A DNA stretch of 64,000 nucleotides. It comes from Squalus acanthias. Taxonomy: Eukaryota. Each line of letters starts with the position of its first letter. Within the stretch, counting starts at the first letter, position 1. The position numbers and the translations under genes were made by a program. The stretch covers positions 122,018,001-122,082,000 of the forward strand of contig CM059432.1 in NCBI GenBank assembly GCA_030390025.1, read 5' to 3'. The notes under the pieces were generated by a model. The model was not told the DNA's origin and ran no database searches. It was given only the letters and a program-made list of their open reading frames with translations. Positions 11,679-23,699 of the stretch are shown piece by piece.

Positions 11679-13663
11679 CTACTTTTTGCCCTTCGAGGGT
11701 GATCTTCTTCCCTTGCGCACTTCCCCCCTTCTAACCCTACTGCTCCTCCGTAATGGGACCTCAGTGGCTGCAGCAAGGCTGGTGGAAGGCTGCTGCTCGT
11801 CAGACCCTGACACTGCAGATGCCCCTGAAGGACGGCCTCGACCACTTCTGGGCCTGGAGGGCCCGGCTGCAGACTGCACCAACTCTGCATGGGCGGCAGC
11901 AGTCTGTCCTACAGGCGGTGGCAAGTGCAGTGGAGAAGTGACAGTGTTGGCAGCAGGAATGCTGTCATCGTGAGAGAGCACAGCAACTCCCTGCTCGCCC
12001 GACACACTGGCACTCCCACGGGGCAGCACTTCAGCATCCGGAGCAATTTGCCGGAGAACAGATTGCTGGCCTGCTGCGGCGCGGTGACAGCCCCGGGGAC
12101 ATGTGCACGAACCATCGAGGATGGCAGCAGTCAGTGCTCGCGTGGCCTCAATCTGAGTCTGCATGAGAGCAGTCTCAGATGGGTTCCTGGCAGCCAGTGA
12201 CTGAATTGCAGCACTAAGCTTTAGTGTGGCATCCGCCTGTGCTACAGCGAAGTGCTCCATACTCCTTGCCAGTGACTCAATGCATTCGGGCACCCTTCCC
12301 ACTGCACCCATGAGCTCAGTGTGCATGCCCACTGCCTGGCTGTTCATTTCTGCAATCAGCCGCTCCTCCTCTGCGTCCATTGCAGTAGGAGTGTCTGGCA
12401 TACTCTCCCTCTGGGGAGAAGGCCCCCGTTCTTCCCTCCCCCCCCCATGGCGTTGCTGCAGCCTGCTGGGTCCTGGAGCTTCACCATCATCAGCCCCTTC
12501 CCCCCTGCTCCCCTCCGGGGAAGGCGTGTTCCCAGTGTGGGCATGGGCTTCCTCGGGAGAGGGTGGCACTGATGCTCCGGCTTCCTCTTCCTCCTCAGCT
12601 GCAGCATCACTCCCAGTGGCAGCTTCAGGGCCCGTCTCCTCAGCTGGTGAATCACCATCTGAAAGCAGGGAGGTACAAGAGTGGCTTTAGCGTGAGGACA
12701 GGGTGGCAGTAAGGGAGGAATAAGTGCAGCGAGTTAGCAAGTTGGATTGAAAGTGTCAAAGGCTGGTATTGTGAGGGACAAGTGGAAGGACAGAGGACAA
12801 AAAGGTGATGACCTTACCATTGCTGTCCACAACGGGGTCGGCGTCTCCAGTGGCGACGGGACCGATCACCCGGCTTGCCACAATCCTGTGGACGCGCTCC
12901 TCCAGATCGCTGAGGGGTTGCAGCTGAAGCCGCCCTCCACCCGTCCGTTGCTGCTGTCTCCGATTATGAGCCAGCTTAGCCTGCAAGAAAAAGGACAGCA
13001 TCTGAGTAAATATACAGCCATGGTCTTGCCTGATGTGCCTCCCATAGGTGAATAGCCCTTACAATATACAGCCATGGTCTTGCCTGATGTGCCTCCCATA
13101 GGTGAATAGCCCTTACAATATACAGCCATGGTCTTGCCTGATGTGCCTCCCATAGGTGAATAGCCCTTACTGTATGCAGCCATGGTCTTGCCTGATGTGC
13201 CTCCCATAGGTGATTAGCCCTTACTGTATGCAGCCATGGTCTTGCCTGATGTGCCTCCCATAGGTGAATAGCCCTTACTGTATGCAAAGTGTGGAATGTG
13301 TGTGTGTGTTTGATGAAAGGGCCATAGGTGTTGGATGAGTGTTGTGCATTGGGGTTTTAAGACCCTCTGGCCATAGAGTGAGGTTGAGATGGAGGGATGG
13401 AGAGGTATTGAGAAAAAGCCACTCACCCTGACGACCCGAGTGAGGTCGTTGAACTTTTTGCGGCATTGAACATGGGTCCTGGGCACCATGCTCCTGGAGG
13501 AGACGCTCTGAGCCACCTCCCTCCACACTCTTCTGAACTCGCGTGGCAAAGGCCTCCTGCCACTCTCCGGGAACAGCATGCATCGTCTGCGCTCCACTGC
13601 GCCAACCAGAGCATCCAAGGCCCGCTCGGTGAAGCGATGAGCGCGTTCTCTCACCCTCTCCAT
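11679..13663 (-). CDS. Harbinger ORF2 Myb/SANT-like (trihelix) DNA-binding protein, 3 exons (13663-13427, 12980-12818, 12658-11679), ~459 aa
   Basis: RFTERALDALV...W.EVA...QCRKKFNDL Myb/SANT motif; GTGAGT and GTAAGG donors, TTGCAG and TTTCAG acceptors; spliced length 1380 nt in frame. Confidence 0.85.
13011..13286. repeat. 54-bp tandem repeat x5 in intron 1 of Harbinger ORF2
   Basis: Units start at 13011, 13065, 13119, 13173 and 13227; the sister copy has a single unit. Confidence 0.95.
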
Positions 13664-15679
13664 GCTTGGCAGCAAAATGGATTACAGGTCTCTCCAGGCT
13701 GAGATTCAAGGCTGCAATGAGCAGGGTGTGGCTGGGGAGCAAGTGGCCCCCCCCGCTTTAAGAAGTGTCCGGCGCCATTGTGTCTGTGTTCCCTCGCTAA
13801 CTGGCAGCAGCTGCGCTGCGCTCGTGCGCTGAGTTAGCGCCTCACTCCTTGGCCTTTGCGCCTTAAGAGAGGTGTGCAGCGCCTAATTTAGCGCTCCGCT
13901 CACCTCCCGGGGCGGTAAAAGTGAAGTTTCCTGTCAGTGCCGATAATTAGCGCCAGGCGCTAATATTTGCGTCTGGACGATATTTGCGCCCCAAATGGGG
14001 CGCGACCTAATTTCTACCCCTTGGACTATAACCTGGTGTTGTGCGACTTCTCATTTTTGTCCACCCCAGTCCAACACCGGCATCTCCGCATCATGACTTG
14101 TATCGATTTAGAAGAGACTGTGGGGGCTGCACACTGAGCTCTTTCCCTGGTACGCTCCATTGTTCTTTCCAGCAGATTTGATGTGCAGGTCTCTCCAGGC
14201 CGAGATTCAAGGCTGCAATGAGCAGGATGTGGATGGAAAGCAAGATCAACCCTCCCCTTTAAGAACTGGCCCGCGCCAGTGTTTTCCATTGCTGACTGAC
14301 ATCACATGAGCTTCGCCAGCGCTCTGAGTTAGCGTGTCGCTCCTCAGCCTTTGCGCCTTAAGACCTGATTTAGCGCTCCAATCACCTCCAGGGGCGATAA
14401 AAGTCAAGTTTGCAGTCGGTGGCAATAATTAGCGCCAGGCGCTAATCTTTGCGCCCGGCCGATAATTTCGCCCCAAATGGGGCGATACTGAATTTCACCC
14501 CCTATGACTCTATGAGAGAAAAACTTAAATAACTTAAACTATCCTAGCATCACAAATGTGTTATCTTATCCAGGTGAAATGGGCTGCCAATGAATTCCTT
14601 TTCAGTACTCCTTTTCACCTTTCCCAAAAAGTACTGTAGTATCCATGACACAATGAGGTCACTCTCCAATAAATTCACTTTCTTTTGCCTTTAAGCTTAT
14701 TCTCTTTGAAACAAAATCATTTTTTTTGTACAATATCTGTCTTTCCTACGTTCAACTCAAATACATCAACTAACTAGCATGAAAGGTTATATTTTGCTTA
14801 CAATCACAAAATAGAGATGAATATTTAAAATGACCATCGTTCCTGTCACATTGGGAAGATTATCAATACCCAGCAAAATATTTTTCTTGATGTTTCCATG
14901 CCAGAACTTCCAAGTTCATGGTTCCTGCAGGAATTTCATGGGGAAATGAATGGACTGGATATCGAGGGCGGTGTGCCCAGAATTATCCTTCCAACCTGCA
15001 GCAGGACCTGGAAAATTGACCATTAGCCTTTGCTTTGTACTGTCTCATTATTTACTATTAAGAGAGCAGTTAAATTTTCATCCTAGTTTTCATATCTAAG
15101 GGACATTTTTAAGCTAATCGGGTGCCATGTAATTGAATTATGACCAACTACTGAAATAAAGTTTAACTAACCAGTAGGAGAAAGTTATTAGAATGAAGAC
15201 ATTATCGTAATTCTCAAATCAACAGTGACTTCCATGTGGGTTCTTTAGATGTCCTGCCATAACATCAGTGGAAAATCAAAGGAAACCCCAGAGAGATGGC
15301 ATAAATGGCTGTTTACTCCACTTCTCTAGGGCTTACAGCCATCTACCATCGAAGATATGGCATGGAGTCGGAGAATTCATACGGGAGTTCTGCCCCCAAT
15401 GTATTTAGCGTTCCATTAGATTTCAACATAGGATTGTAAACAGATAGGAAAAAATATATGCTGACATTAAACAAACAGTAAAATGTAGTCAAGAACTGTA
15501 AAATCAGGCAATAGCCATTCCTGTCATAATGTTCTTTGTAGATCAGTCAATAAGGAGTGAAACAATCATACGTACAAATATTCTTTTGATAATAGAAATT
15601 AATTGGATTTACCAGCATTTAATTAGATGAGATGAGTTGATGATCTTCGCTTAAACAACTGCTCGCCCCAGGCTAGAAG

Positions 15680-16130
15680 ATAGACATACAGGAAAAATCA
15701 GGGATCAGAAAAGGATATTTGGCCCATCATCAAAGCCCATAGCTATAATATATTAACTCTCCCATCAATTATGACGATAAGTAATTGTATTTTGAAAAAC
15801 CCTAGTGATTTTGCCTTTATTACCTTGTTTGGTAGATTATTGCTTATAAATAAAGAAGGTTTTCAAATAGGTTTTTAATGTATTTTTCACTGATTTCCAT
15901 TCAGATCTTCTTGTTCCAATTTCATGGTGTACTTCAAAGTAATAATCTGGATTTACCTTACCAATTTATTATTTGATATGCTTTCATGAGATCCAACATA
16001 ACTATTTTCTTTCTAGAGTGCAAAGCTTAAGCTTCTCCGATTTGTCCTCATAGCTCATTCACTTTATACTTGGCATCAGTCTAGTTGCTTTGCTGTACTT
16101 TTTCTTGTGCAAGGATAACTTTTGCATGTT
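15680..16130 (-). mobile_element. Old degraded CR1 3' fragment
   Basis: Weak resemblance to the CR1 3' ends elsewhere in the window. Confidence 0.5.
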
Positions 16131-16199
16131 TTTGGTCAATTTCTTTTGTGGCTGCTATAGGCAACTTTATACGCTTCTATTTTTATAGAACATGTGGAA

Positions 16200-17580
16200 T
16201 ACTCTTTGCCCATTTTCTGATCTCTTCCTCCATAACACTGATGATGTGTCAGTGCTGCAGCCTGCTCTCAATCCAATTGAAGAAGTTCATAGACTTCTTT
16301 CCAGTTCCACATCTCCTTCACCTTTACATGGTCTATCGTTAACTCTTCCCTCCCGTTCCTGGCTTTCAATTCTGGCAATGGCATTTCCACAGACATCGAC
16401 TAACAAGCCCACGGGTCTCACATCTATTTGGATTATATTTCTTCCCACTCCTCTTCCTGCAAAGACTCAATGGGCTGGACTTTCTCAGCCCTGAGGAGGC
16501 GGGTATGGAGGCGAAACTGCCGGGAAAGTTGCAGAATTTGGGGGCGGATGGCAAACCCGCCCCCCAACCCGCCTCTGTGCCCTCTTGCCAGGAGGCGAGA
16601 AGCCGCCTGGCCCCGGGTCCTGTCTCCTTGGAGGCGGGAAGGGATTAAAGCCTATTAACTGCCTGTTAACAGGTAGTTAACAGGCAGAAAATAGGATTAT
16701 CCCCATTTTTTGTGCTGAAGTGCAGGCTTCCCAACCTGGGGGAACTCTGCCAGGGTGTAGGAGGTGAATAGGAGGTTTGTGGGGGTCGGAGGGGTCTGAA
16801 AGTGCGATGCAGAGGTGAGTGATGGGTGCAAGTGTGGAGTGGTAAGTATGTGAGGTGAGTGTAAAGTGTTAGAAAATGTTAACTTACCTTTGTTTCTACC
16901 TACAGCCTTCAGCCGCTGTGGAGCTGGAGTCCCCGACATCTCCATTGTAGATATCACAGACTGGCTGTTGGATCCTCCGAACCAACAGCCAGGTGATTTC
17001 TGCAAAGTTGAAAGGTTTGATGAGTCCTGAACACAAGAGCTCATCAAACGACACAGAATGTCAGTGTTTGACAGCTTCAGAGAGCTGTCAAACGATGACA
17101 TTTCTTCTTTCAAAAATTCTTGACAGATGTCATACGTTGACGTGCTCTGTCACTAACTTCCCCCTAATTGGCCTGCTCAGCCCGCTGGGCGGGCTTAACA
17201 AGGTCAATCAGGGGGAAATCCTGTTGGTTGGCCAGAAGCTGATGGAGGCGGAATTGAAAGCCAGCAAGCAGCAGTCCCGCCTCCAAAAGCTTCCCATTGA
17301 GAAAATCCAGCCCAATATATTTCTCACAGTTTTTCCATCTCCAGTATATTGTGTAAAAATTTTGAAATGTTTTCTTTCCTCCACCAAGATTTTATCTGAT
17401 TGGTAGTCTAAAAGGTTCTCAATTACATTTTTTTTATGGCTCTGTTCTCACCTCCCCCCACCCCACCCCCACAACAGCAGCAGGATTCCTCTGATCCTAA
17501 TCTTCTGTTCCACCAACCTTGATATATGCCAAATCGTTTTCTACTACTTTCACCATAATTGATCCTAATACAATGTATAT
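16200..17580 (+). mobile_element. Degraded Penelope RT fragment interrupted by a family B MITE
   Basis: Remnant STD..KPT...YLDY.SSH...CKDS-like reading that continues after 17316. Confidence 0.55.
16472..17313. mobile_element. Harbinger-type MITE, family B (842 bp), TSD AAT
   Basis: TIR GGGCTGGA(C/T)TTTCTCA; AAT at 16469-16471 and 17314-17316; internal hairpins. Confidence 0.88.
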
Positions 17581-18865
17581 TTTCCCCAGAATATTAGTTC
17601 TGATAACTGAATTGGCTTTGCGACCTCTTTCTAATTAGCCCGATTTACCCATTATTTGCTTTCTTGATGTTTAAATTTAAGTGCTACTGACTAGACTCTT
17701 GTGAAGCGCCTTGGGACATTTTACTATGTTAAAGGTGCTATATAAATACAAGTTGTTGTTGTTGAACAATTGTTAGTTCATGACTTTGGTGCCTGATGAC
17801 CTTCATAATTGGCAAGAAAGGGTTAATTCATTCACTTCGTAGCTTGTATGAATCCTGATGGGAGGTTGATAATGTAAATTCTAATGTAATCCAATGTTGA
17901 TATAGCACAATTTAAGGCAAACTAAACTTAGGTATCATTAAATCCTGGCCATAGAGTGAGTTGTAAACACCAGATAGTTCCTTGCTGAGTTAGGGTGAAG
18001 GAGTTATAGATTTGTTGATGAATATTCTAGTCAGGGTATCAATCGCAAAGTTCTGACAACAGTGTTGTAGCCCTCTCTCTGACCCATGCTTTCTTTGAGT
18101 GAAGCTCCCTGCTGGAATTACTGACCTTATCCTTTTGTTTTAAAAAAATGATCTGACAAGAATCCCATAATGTTGAAGACATGACTCCAGCTTTATCTCA
18201 GAAGAGAGTTATTTATAAAAAAAAACAAATAGGTACAGAGATAATGGCTACTATTATTTGCTCCTATCAAGACTTCTCACAAAATTGTTCAAATCAACCT
18301 TGGGGCAATGACTCAGCTTCCATGCCCCATTTATCTTACTCTACCCACATGTATGATACGTCACTATCGCAACATCAGAAAAACAGCTTTACCAGATAGA
18401 ATCAATGGAAAATTACACAGCACAATTTCTGTCCACAGGAAAATCCAAGCCTCCATTTCTACTAATATTGGCTAAGCGCCCTCGCACTGTCAGGCTTAGT
18501 AAGTCGTTTAATCTAATACCCTCAAGAAAACCATCAGCTTTCACTGGTTGAGCAAAACTATCTGAATAAATCTATCGAAATGCAGAAATAAATAGACAGT
18601 ACTAAAGTATCGGCAACGGCTACTTTTTTTTACAATGGGGTGCAAATGGCAACAGTTGTTTTGTTTAAAATTTGCTCAGAAATGAAAGATTTCTCAAATG
18701 GTATAATTTAGAATATTGATGGATGAATACTTGAATTCAAGGAGGCTACAAGTCTATTGAATTATTTGACAGTGTTTGTAATCCCCTGAGTATATAAGAT
18801 AAATGGATGATCTAATTGGGGTGTTTACAATGATTAAAGGAGCTGATAGGGTATATAGAGATAAA

Positions 18866-19568
18866 GGGGTAAAAATTGAGTCGCGCCCCATTTGGGGCGC
18901 TAACCTCGCCGGGCGCGACTTTTAGCGCCCTGAAAAAATTAGCGGCCCCGCGCCGGAACTTCGGTGGTTGCGCCCCAAGAGGGAAGCGGGGCGCCACTGG
19001 AAGCACCCCGCATCCCTCTTGGGGCGCTGCGAGTGAATATCCTGGCGCTACGTGCCGCGGTATTGCAGGCCTTCCTCCCCTTCTTAAAGGGGAGGGACCC
19101 TGCGCAGCGCGAACCGGGGCCCAGCTGGGCCCCCAGGGATCGGGAGTGCCGGCAAAAGAGCCCGGCACTCAAGAGAAGTGTCGGGCTCTTGGAGCGCAGC
19201 CGGCACTTCACGGTGGGGGGGGCTTCACGGGGGCCGGGGGCAGGTGCTGGCAGGCGGCCAGCAACAAAAATGGCCGCCTGCCACCTCCCCTTTAAATATC
19301 GCCGCCCCGGCCGCACGTACGCCTCCCTGAACCCGTCGGACATAGCGTCTGGTGGTAAATCAGGGGGCGCGACTGAAGATCGCGGCTGGAGCGCGAGCGG
19401 GGTGCTGCGCACGGCGATGACGTCATCGCCGGCGGCGCAGCGCCACAGGGCGCTACCGGCTGGCGCCGCCGCTAACCTCCCGCTGAATTTTTCGGGAGGC
19501 GTGGGCGGCGCTGCGCCCGGGCGTTAGCTGCTTTACGCCCCATTAGCGCCCTCTTAAGGCGCTAACGG
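18866..19568 (-). mobile_element. Family A-related Harbinger MITE; inner TIR lost and fused to a family C element
   Basis: Begins GGGGTAAAAATTGAGTCGCGCCCCATTTGGGGCGC; ends in the family A subterminal ...CTTAAGGCGCTAACGG without a TIR. Confidence 0.8.
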
Positions 19569-22500
19569 CGGGATTGGAGGCGTGTGGGGGGTTAACATTG
19601 GAAAAAATGGTGGGCAGGCCCAATCCCACACCCATCCCGCCTCTGCCGAATTTTCCCAGGTGCGCGTTTTCAGATCCATTTCCCGACCCGCCTCCAAGAG
19701 GCGGGATAGGCCCTTAAGGCCATTGACAAGCTCCTAATTGGCTCCATAATGCCATTTTCACAGGCCTTTCGGATTTTTACCAGTTTTCCACGTGATGCAC
19801 GCCTCCTCTGAAACACGACGGTGAAACTTGGCGGATACACATTTGGCTTGCTGGCTTTCAGCTGCAGCTCCACCATTAAAGAGTAGTTTGGAGCAATCAT
19901 CATTTGCAGGTGGCAGAACTTAGTTGTTTCAGGTCTGGGGAAACATTAGCAGGCCTACTCATTGTTGTGGAAGTTTGGAGCCTGACACCCATCTCCAGTG
20001 TGAGCTCCTGGAAAACCCCTCACCCCACCCTGACTCAGTGCTTCCTCAACTGAGGCATCTACCAGAAGAATGGGAACCATTCGGTTCCTTTCCCCTTGGA
20101 CATCAGATGAGGACGAGGAGGAGAAGGAGAGAGAAAATGAACATCTGGCAGAGGCGCATCAACCAGCGGCGGCAATACGCGAGACCATTGCTGGCCGGGA
20201 CGCAAGGAACGCACTCATCTTGGCCAGATTTGCCTAGCCTAGCCAAGCAACCACTTGTGTCTCGCAGCTTCTTGCCACAGCATCATTAATGGCCAGGACC
20301 CATCGTCTTCCTAGCACTCTGACCATCATTCTGACAACTGCTACTCCTCCTAAGCCCGCAATGTGGAAGTCCCAATAGCGAGATGACACAGGCCACAACT
20401 GCAGCAGTAGCCATCAGATTTTTTATTTACAGGAAGCTATTGATGGCTTATCACAATTAAACATAACATTTCACCCAAATGACAAACCTTGTGACTATTT
20501 GTGCAGTTTATTTATCTTACGCGTGCTTCTACGTGGTGGTTCCCCCTTGGCATAAGCAGATGTGGAAGCCCCTTGCTCACTCTGTTGCTGCTCCTGTCTC
20601 GACACCTTGGGTGGGTGTCCTCTGGGGTGCCGAGCCAGTGAGGGCTCGCCAACAGTCTGCTGCTCCTGCGGCTGTGCAGGGGTTGAGACGCCGATCTCAG
20701 TTGGGTGTGGACTCTGGTGGGGCTCTGACCGAGGACTTGCCACCATCATCCCTCTCATGGGTCAGGCCCACCTCAGCGCTTGCAAGTGGCTTGAGAGCAC
20801 CTTGCTGCACATCAGGGGGGCCATGGGGACCCGTATCTGCACTGGCAGTCCTACTCAGAAGGACTTCCATGAAGGTCTGGTTTCTCTGTTCAATAGATGT
20901 CCATCGTTCCTCCAGAGATGTCATTCTATTCAGAACACTCACCATGTTTTCTGCACTCTGGTGACTTATCACCTCCATGGAGGTTGCCATCCTTTCCATG
21001 GTGATGCGTTCATGCGCCAATGACTCCACAAAGACTCTGCTCATGTTCGCAATAGACTCCTCCATTCGCTCCACACTCGCAGCGACCCTGGAGACAAAAC
21101 CTGCCAGAGACTCCTGCATCTGTTCCTGGAGTTCCAGCACCGCTGTTCTTCTGGATGGACCAAGAGGCAGAGGGTCGACATGCAGCTGAGCTGAGCTGGG
21201 ACAGTCCTGCGCCCTCCGATGAGGACTCTCCACTGCTTTCCCTGTCTCCACCATCTGCTGAGGCTCACTTGTGAGCTGTGATATACCAGGTGACAACACT
21301 ACTCTATCTCGTGAGGGTCCCACCGAGGTGTGAGTCTCTGCGCTGGTGCTGGCCTGGCTGAATTGTGCTGACGCTCCGCCCTCAGAGGTTTCAGCTTCCT
21401 CTGAGGAGTCTTGAGCCTCAGGCTGTTCCTCCTGGATGGTGGGGACGGGTGCTTGTGCTGGTCCTGTGGGGGAGTAAAGGAAAAAGTCAGAGATGTGAGG
21501 CCCAGGTGACATGCACAGTGCATATTGCAGATGATCATAAATCCAACTGTTAGAGCTTCAGAATCATTATCAGTGACTCATGCAATGTCAATGAGAGAGA
21601 TGAACAACTATTCTGTCACCGGCTTGCTCTGCTGCGCCCGTCTGCCCGTCCCCCACTTGCGCATGATCGTCAGTCTCACGATCTCCAGGGCCGCCTCCTC
21701 CCAGGTGGTGAGCTGGGCTACTGAGGGTGGCCCTCCTCCTGTCCTCGCTCTTTGACGCTTATTGTGAGCTCTCTTTTCCTACAATGAGGGAGACAAGTGG
21801 AGTTTGAGTGAGAATGAAGGAGAGAGTTTATAGAATCCATCTCATAGATGCTTATAAGGAGGCAAAGATGGAGTGAGGTGACAAGACCAAGGGCCCATCC
21901 TGTGTGTTGTAAGTTGTTTGCATAGCATGACAGTGATAGGGAGTGTGAGGGCTGCATAGTGGAATAGTTAGATGAATGTGACCATAGAAAGAGAGGGAAT
22001 GGGTAAGGGTGCAAGGATGTCAGTGTCAAGTGGGATGTGGAGGAAGAGGTTGCTAAAGCTGAGTGCTGGTGAGGAGAGGCAAAGGGCATCAGATTGAGGG
22101 TGATGGGAAAGTCATACTCACTTTTCCAGTGCACACAAGGTCATGAAATCTTTTGCGGCATTGAATCCAAGATCTGTTGATCAAGGATAGAGAAGTCACC
22201 TCCTGGGCCACCTGGAGCCACACAGCCTTTGTTTGCTGAGGAGGCTTCTTTCTCCCTGAAGAAGGGAAAACACCTCCTTATGATCTCTTGCTCCATCTAT
22301 CAGGGCATCCTCGAATCTTGGAGCAGACTTGGGTTTGTTGGTACACATGATGCCTTCAGGTCAATGTAGGAACAAAGGCCAGAAGGTTGGCAGTCTGCAA
22401 AGGAAGCAAGGCCTCTTGCAGACCTTAAAAGCAGCAGCAATGATGACGTCATCAGAGGCGACTTTCAGACTGGAAAAGCTAATTGGGCCAGGGGTTCCCA

Positions 22501-22628
22501 CACACTGGAACTCAATTGCCCAATCAGGGGAAAATCGCGTTTGTTACACACATCTCATGAGAGTCGTGTGGATAACACGGAATTCAGATCACATGACCCC
22601 AACCCGCCCCAGTATCAAAATCCAGCCC
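19567..22628 (+). mobile_element. Harbinger family C copy with internally deleted transposase (20070-20237) and decayed Myb ORF on the minus strand (~22348-20500)
   Basis: Reverse-complement homology to 52664-59408; right TIR AAAATCCAGCCC followed by AAA. Confidence 0.85.
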
Positions 22629-23699
22629 AAAGTATTTCCTCTGGTGAGGGAGTCCAGAACAAGGGGGAAAAACCTTAAAATTAGAGCTAGACCATTCAGG
22701 TGATGTCAGGAAGCACATCTTCATACAAAGGGTAGTGAAAATCTGGAGCTCTCTCCCCCAAAAAGCTGTTGAGGCTGGGGGTCAGTTGAAAATTTCAAAA
22801 CTGAGATTGATAGATTTTTTTAGGCGAGGGTATTAAGGATAGGGAACCGAGGTGGGTAGTTGGAGTTAAGATACAGATCAGCCATGATCTAATTAAATGG
22901 CGGAACAGGCTAAAGGGACTGAATGGTTTACTCCTGTTCCTATATACTGCGATAATTCATTTAAAACAGATATGTCTGTTTACAGTTTATTTTTCCAAAA
23001 GTATTTGCTATTGGCTGTGCCTGGGTCATCATAGGGATAAAGACGTACACAGGGTGACTTTCAACTGCCAGCCATCTGTTTCTCGCCTGATAAATGGGCA
23101 GTGAGCAATGGAAAAATGGGGGTGGGCACTTTGACCAGCTGTTGGACAGTCAAGGCCTGCTTGATGCTATTTTCATGTGGGCCTGCAAATGGCTTTGCAG
23201 CCGGCCCACCTGAGACAGGCAGGAAGGCTGCTTCAATATGCAAATCAGGGTCCGACACCAGTTATTGGACGCGGATGGCAATTTTCAAGTACAAATGGGC
23301 AGAGCATATGCTGTGTACGCCCTTCCCATTTGTACCAGATGTTGAACAGCCCAACCAAAGGTCCTTAAAGGATCCCCGAATAACGCCGCCAGTTGAAGGG
23401 CCCCCCCTGTTGAAGGCGCCCCCCCGCCCACCTCAGATTGCCGACCTCCAAACTCAACCTTCCAGCCGACCTCACCAGATGAATGTACCGAGAAGAGGAT
23501 CCGGGACCAGAAGAGTCTGTTGAAGGTAAGTTTATTTTTTAACTTTTGTTCTGGGGCAAAAAGGTACAGGAGTGCTCCTTCAGGCCGCAGGCTTTTCCTG
23601 TCCCGGGCTCTTCCCTTTCCCTTGTTTCAACACACCACCCCTCCGCAACCCCCACCACCCAGTTAAAATGGATGGTAATATGTCATTTATCAATCATTG

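Larger units (their letters stand above)
9711..14020 (+). mobile_element. Autonomous PIF/Harbinger transposon, family A copy 1 (4310 bp), TSD TTG
   Basis: TIR GGGGTAAAAATT / AATTTCTACCCC; TTG at 9708-9710 and 14021-14023; two convergent genes. Confidence 0.95.
6920..14096 (+). mobile_element. Penelope-like element (PLE), probably 5'-truncated; 3' pseudo-LTR split by a Harbinger; ~13-bp TSD
   Basis: RT + GIY-YIG frame; flanked by CTTGTATC(A/G)ATTT at 6907-6919 and 14097-14109; pLTR resumes at 14021. Confidence 0.9.
6439..14502 (+). mobile_element. Second family A MITE (6439-6919 + 14097-14502), TSD TAT, split by the Penelope insertion
   Basis: Same TIRs as 5382-6278; TAT at 6436-6438 and 14503-14505; the two halves are colinear with copy 1. 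Confidence 0.92.
1296..14515 (+). mobile_element. Near full-length decayed CR1 LINE hosting nested insertions; 3' tail (TATGACTC)n split at 6438/14503
   Basis: ORF1 (Cys/His finger, coiled coil, GDSIVRG SGNH esterase), ORF2 APE-RT remnants, CR1-type 3' UTR at 6365-6438 and tail resuming at 14503-14515. Confidence 0.9.
18805..22945 (+). mobile_element. CR1 3' fragment (18805-18865 + 22629-22945) hosting the composite Harbinger
   Basis: GDLI.VF.MIKG.DRV...FPLV.ESRTRG-type CR1 C-terminus and 3' UTR rejoin across the insertion. Confidence 0.75.

Noticed and set aside
12866..13287. Repeat-peptide ORFs (MGGTSGKTMA..., HLWEAHQARPWL...)
   Set aside because: Translations of the intronic 54-bp VNTR
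17014..17050. Hammerhead-like TGATGAGTCC in the family B MITE
   Set aside because: Lacks the C of CUGANGA and a correctly placed GAAA; it is a simple hairpin
18876..19527. GC-rich 118-187 aa ORFs on both strands
   Set aside because: They lie within a palindromic GC-rich MITE with few stop codons and show no recognisable domain
23052..23670. Possible further MITE (also GC-rich fragments at ~28630-28762, ~40760-41010 and ~42275-42560)
   Set aside because: MITE-like composition, but TIR pairs and TSDs could not be established
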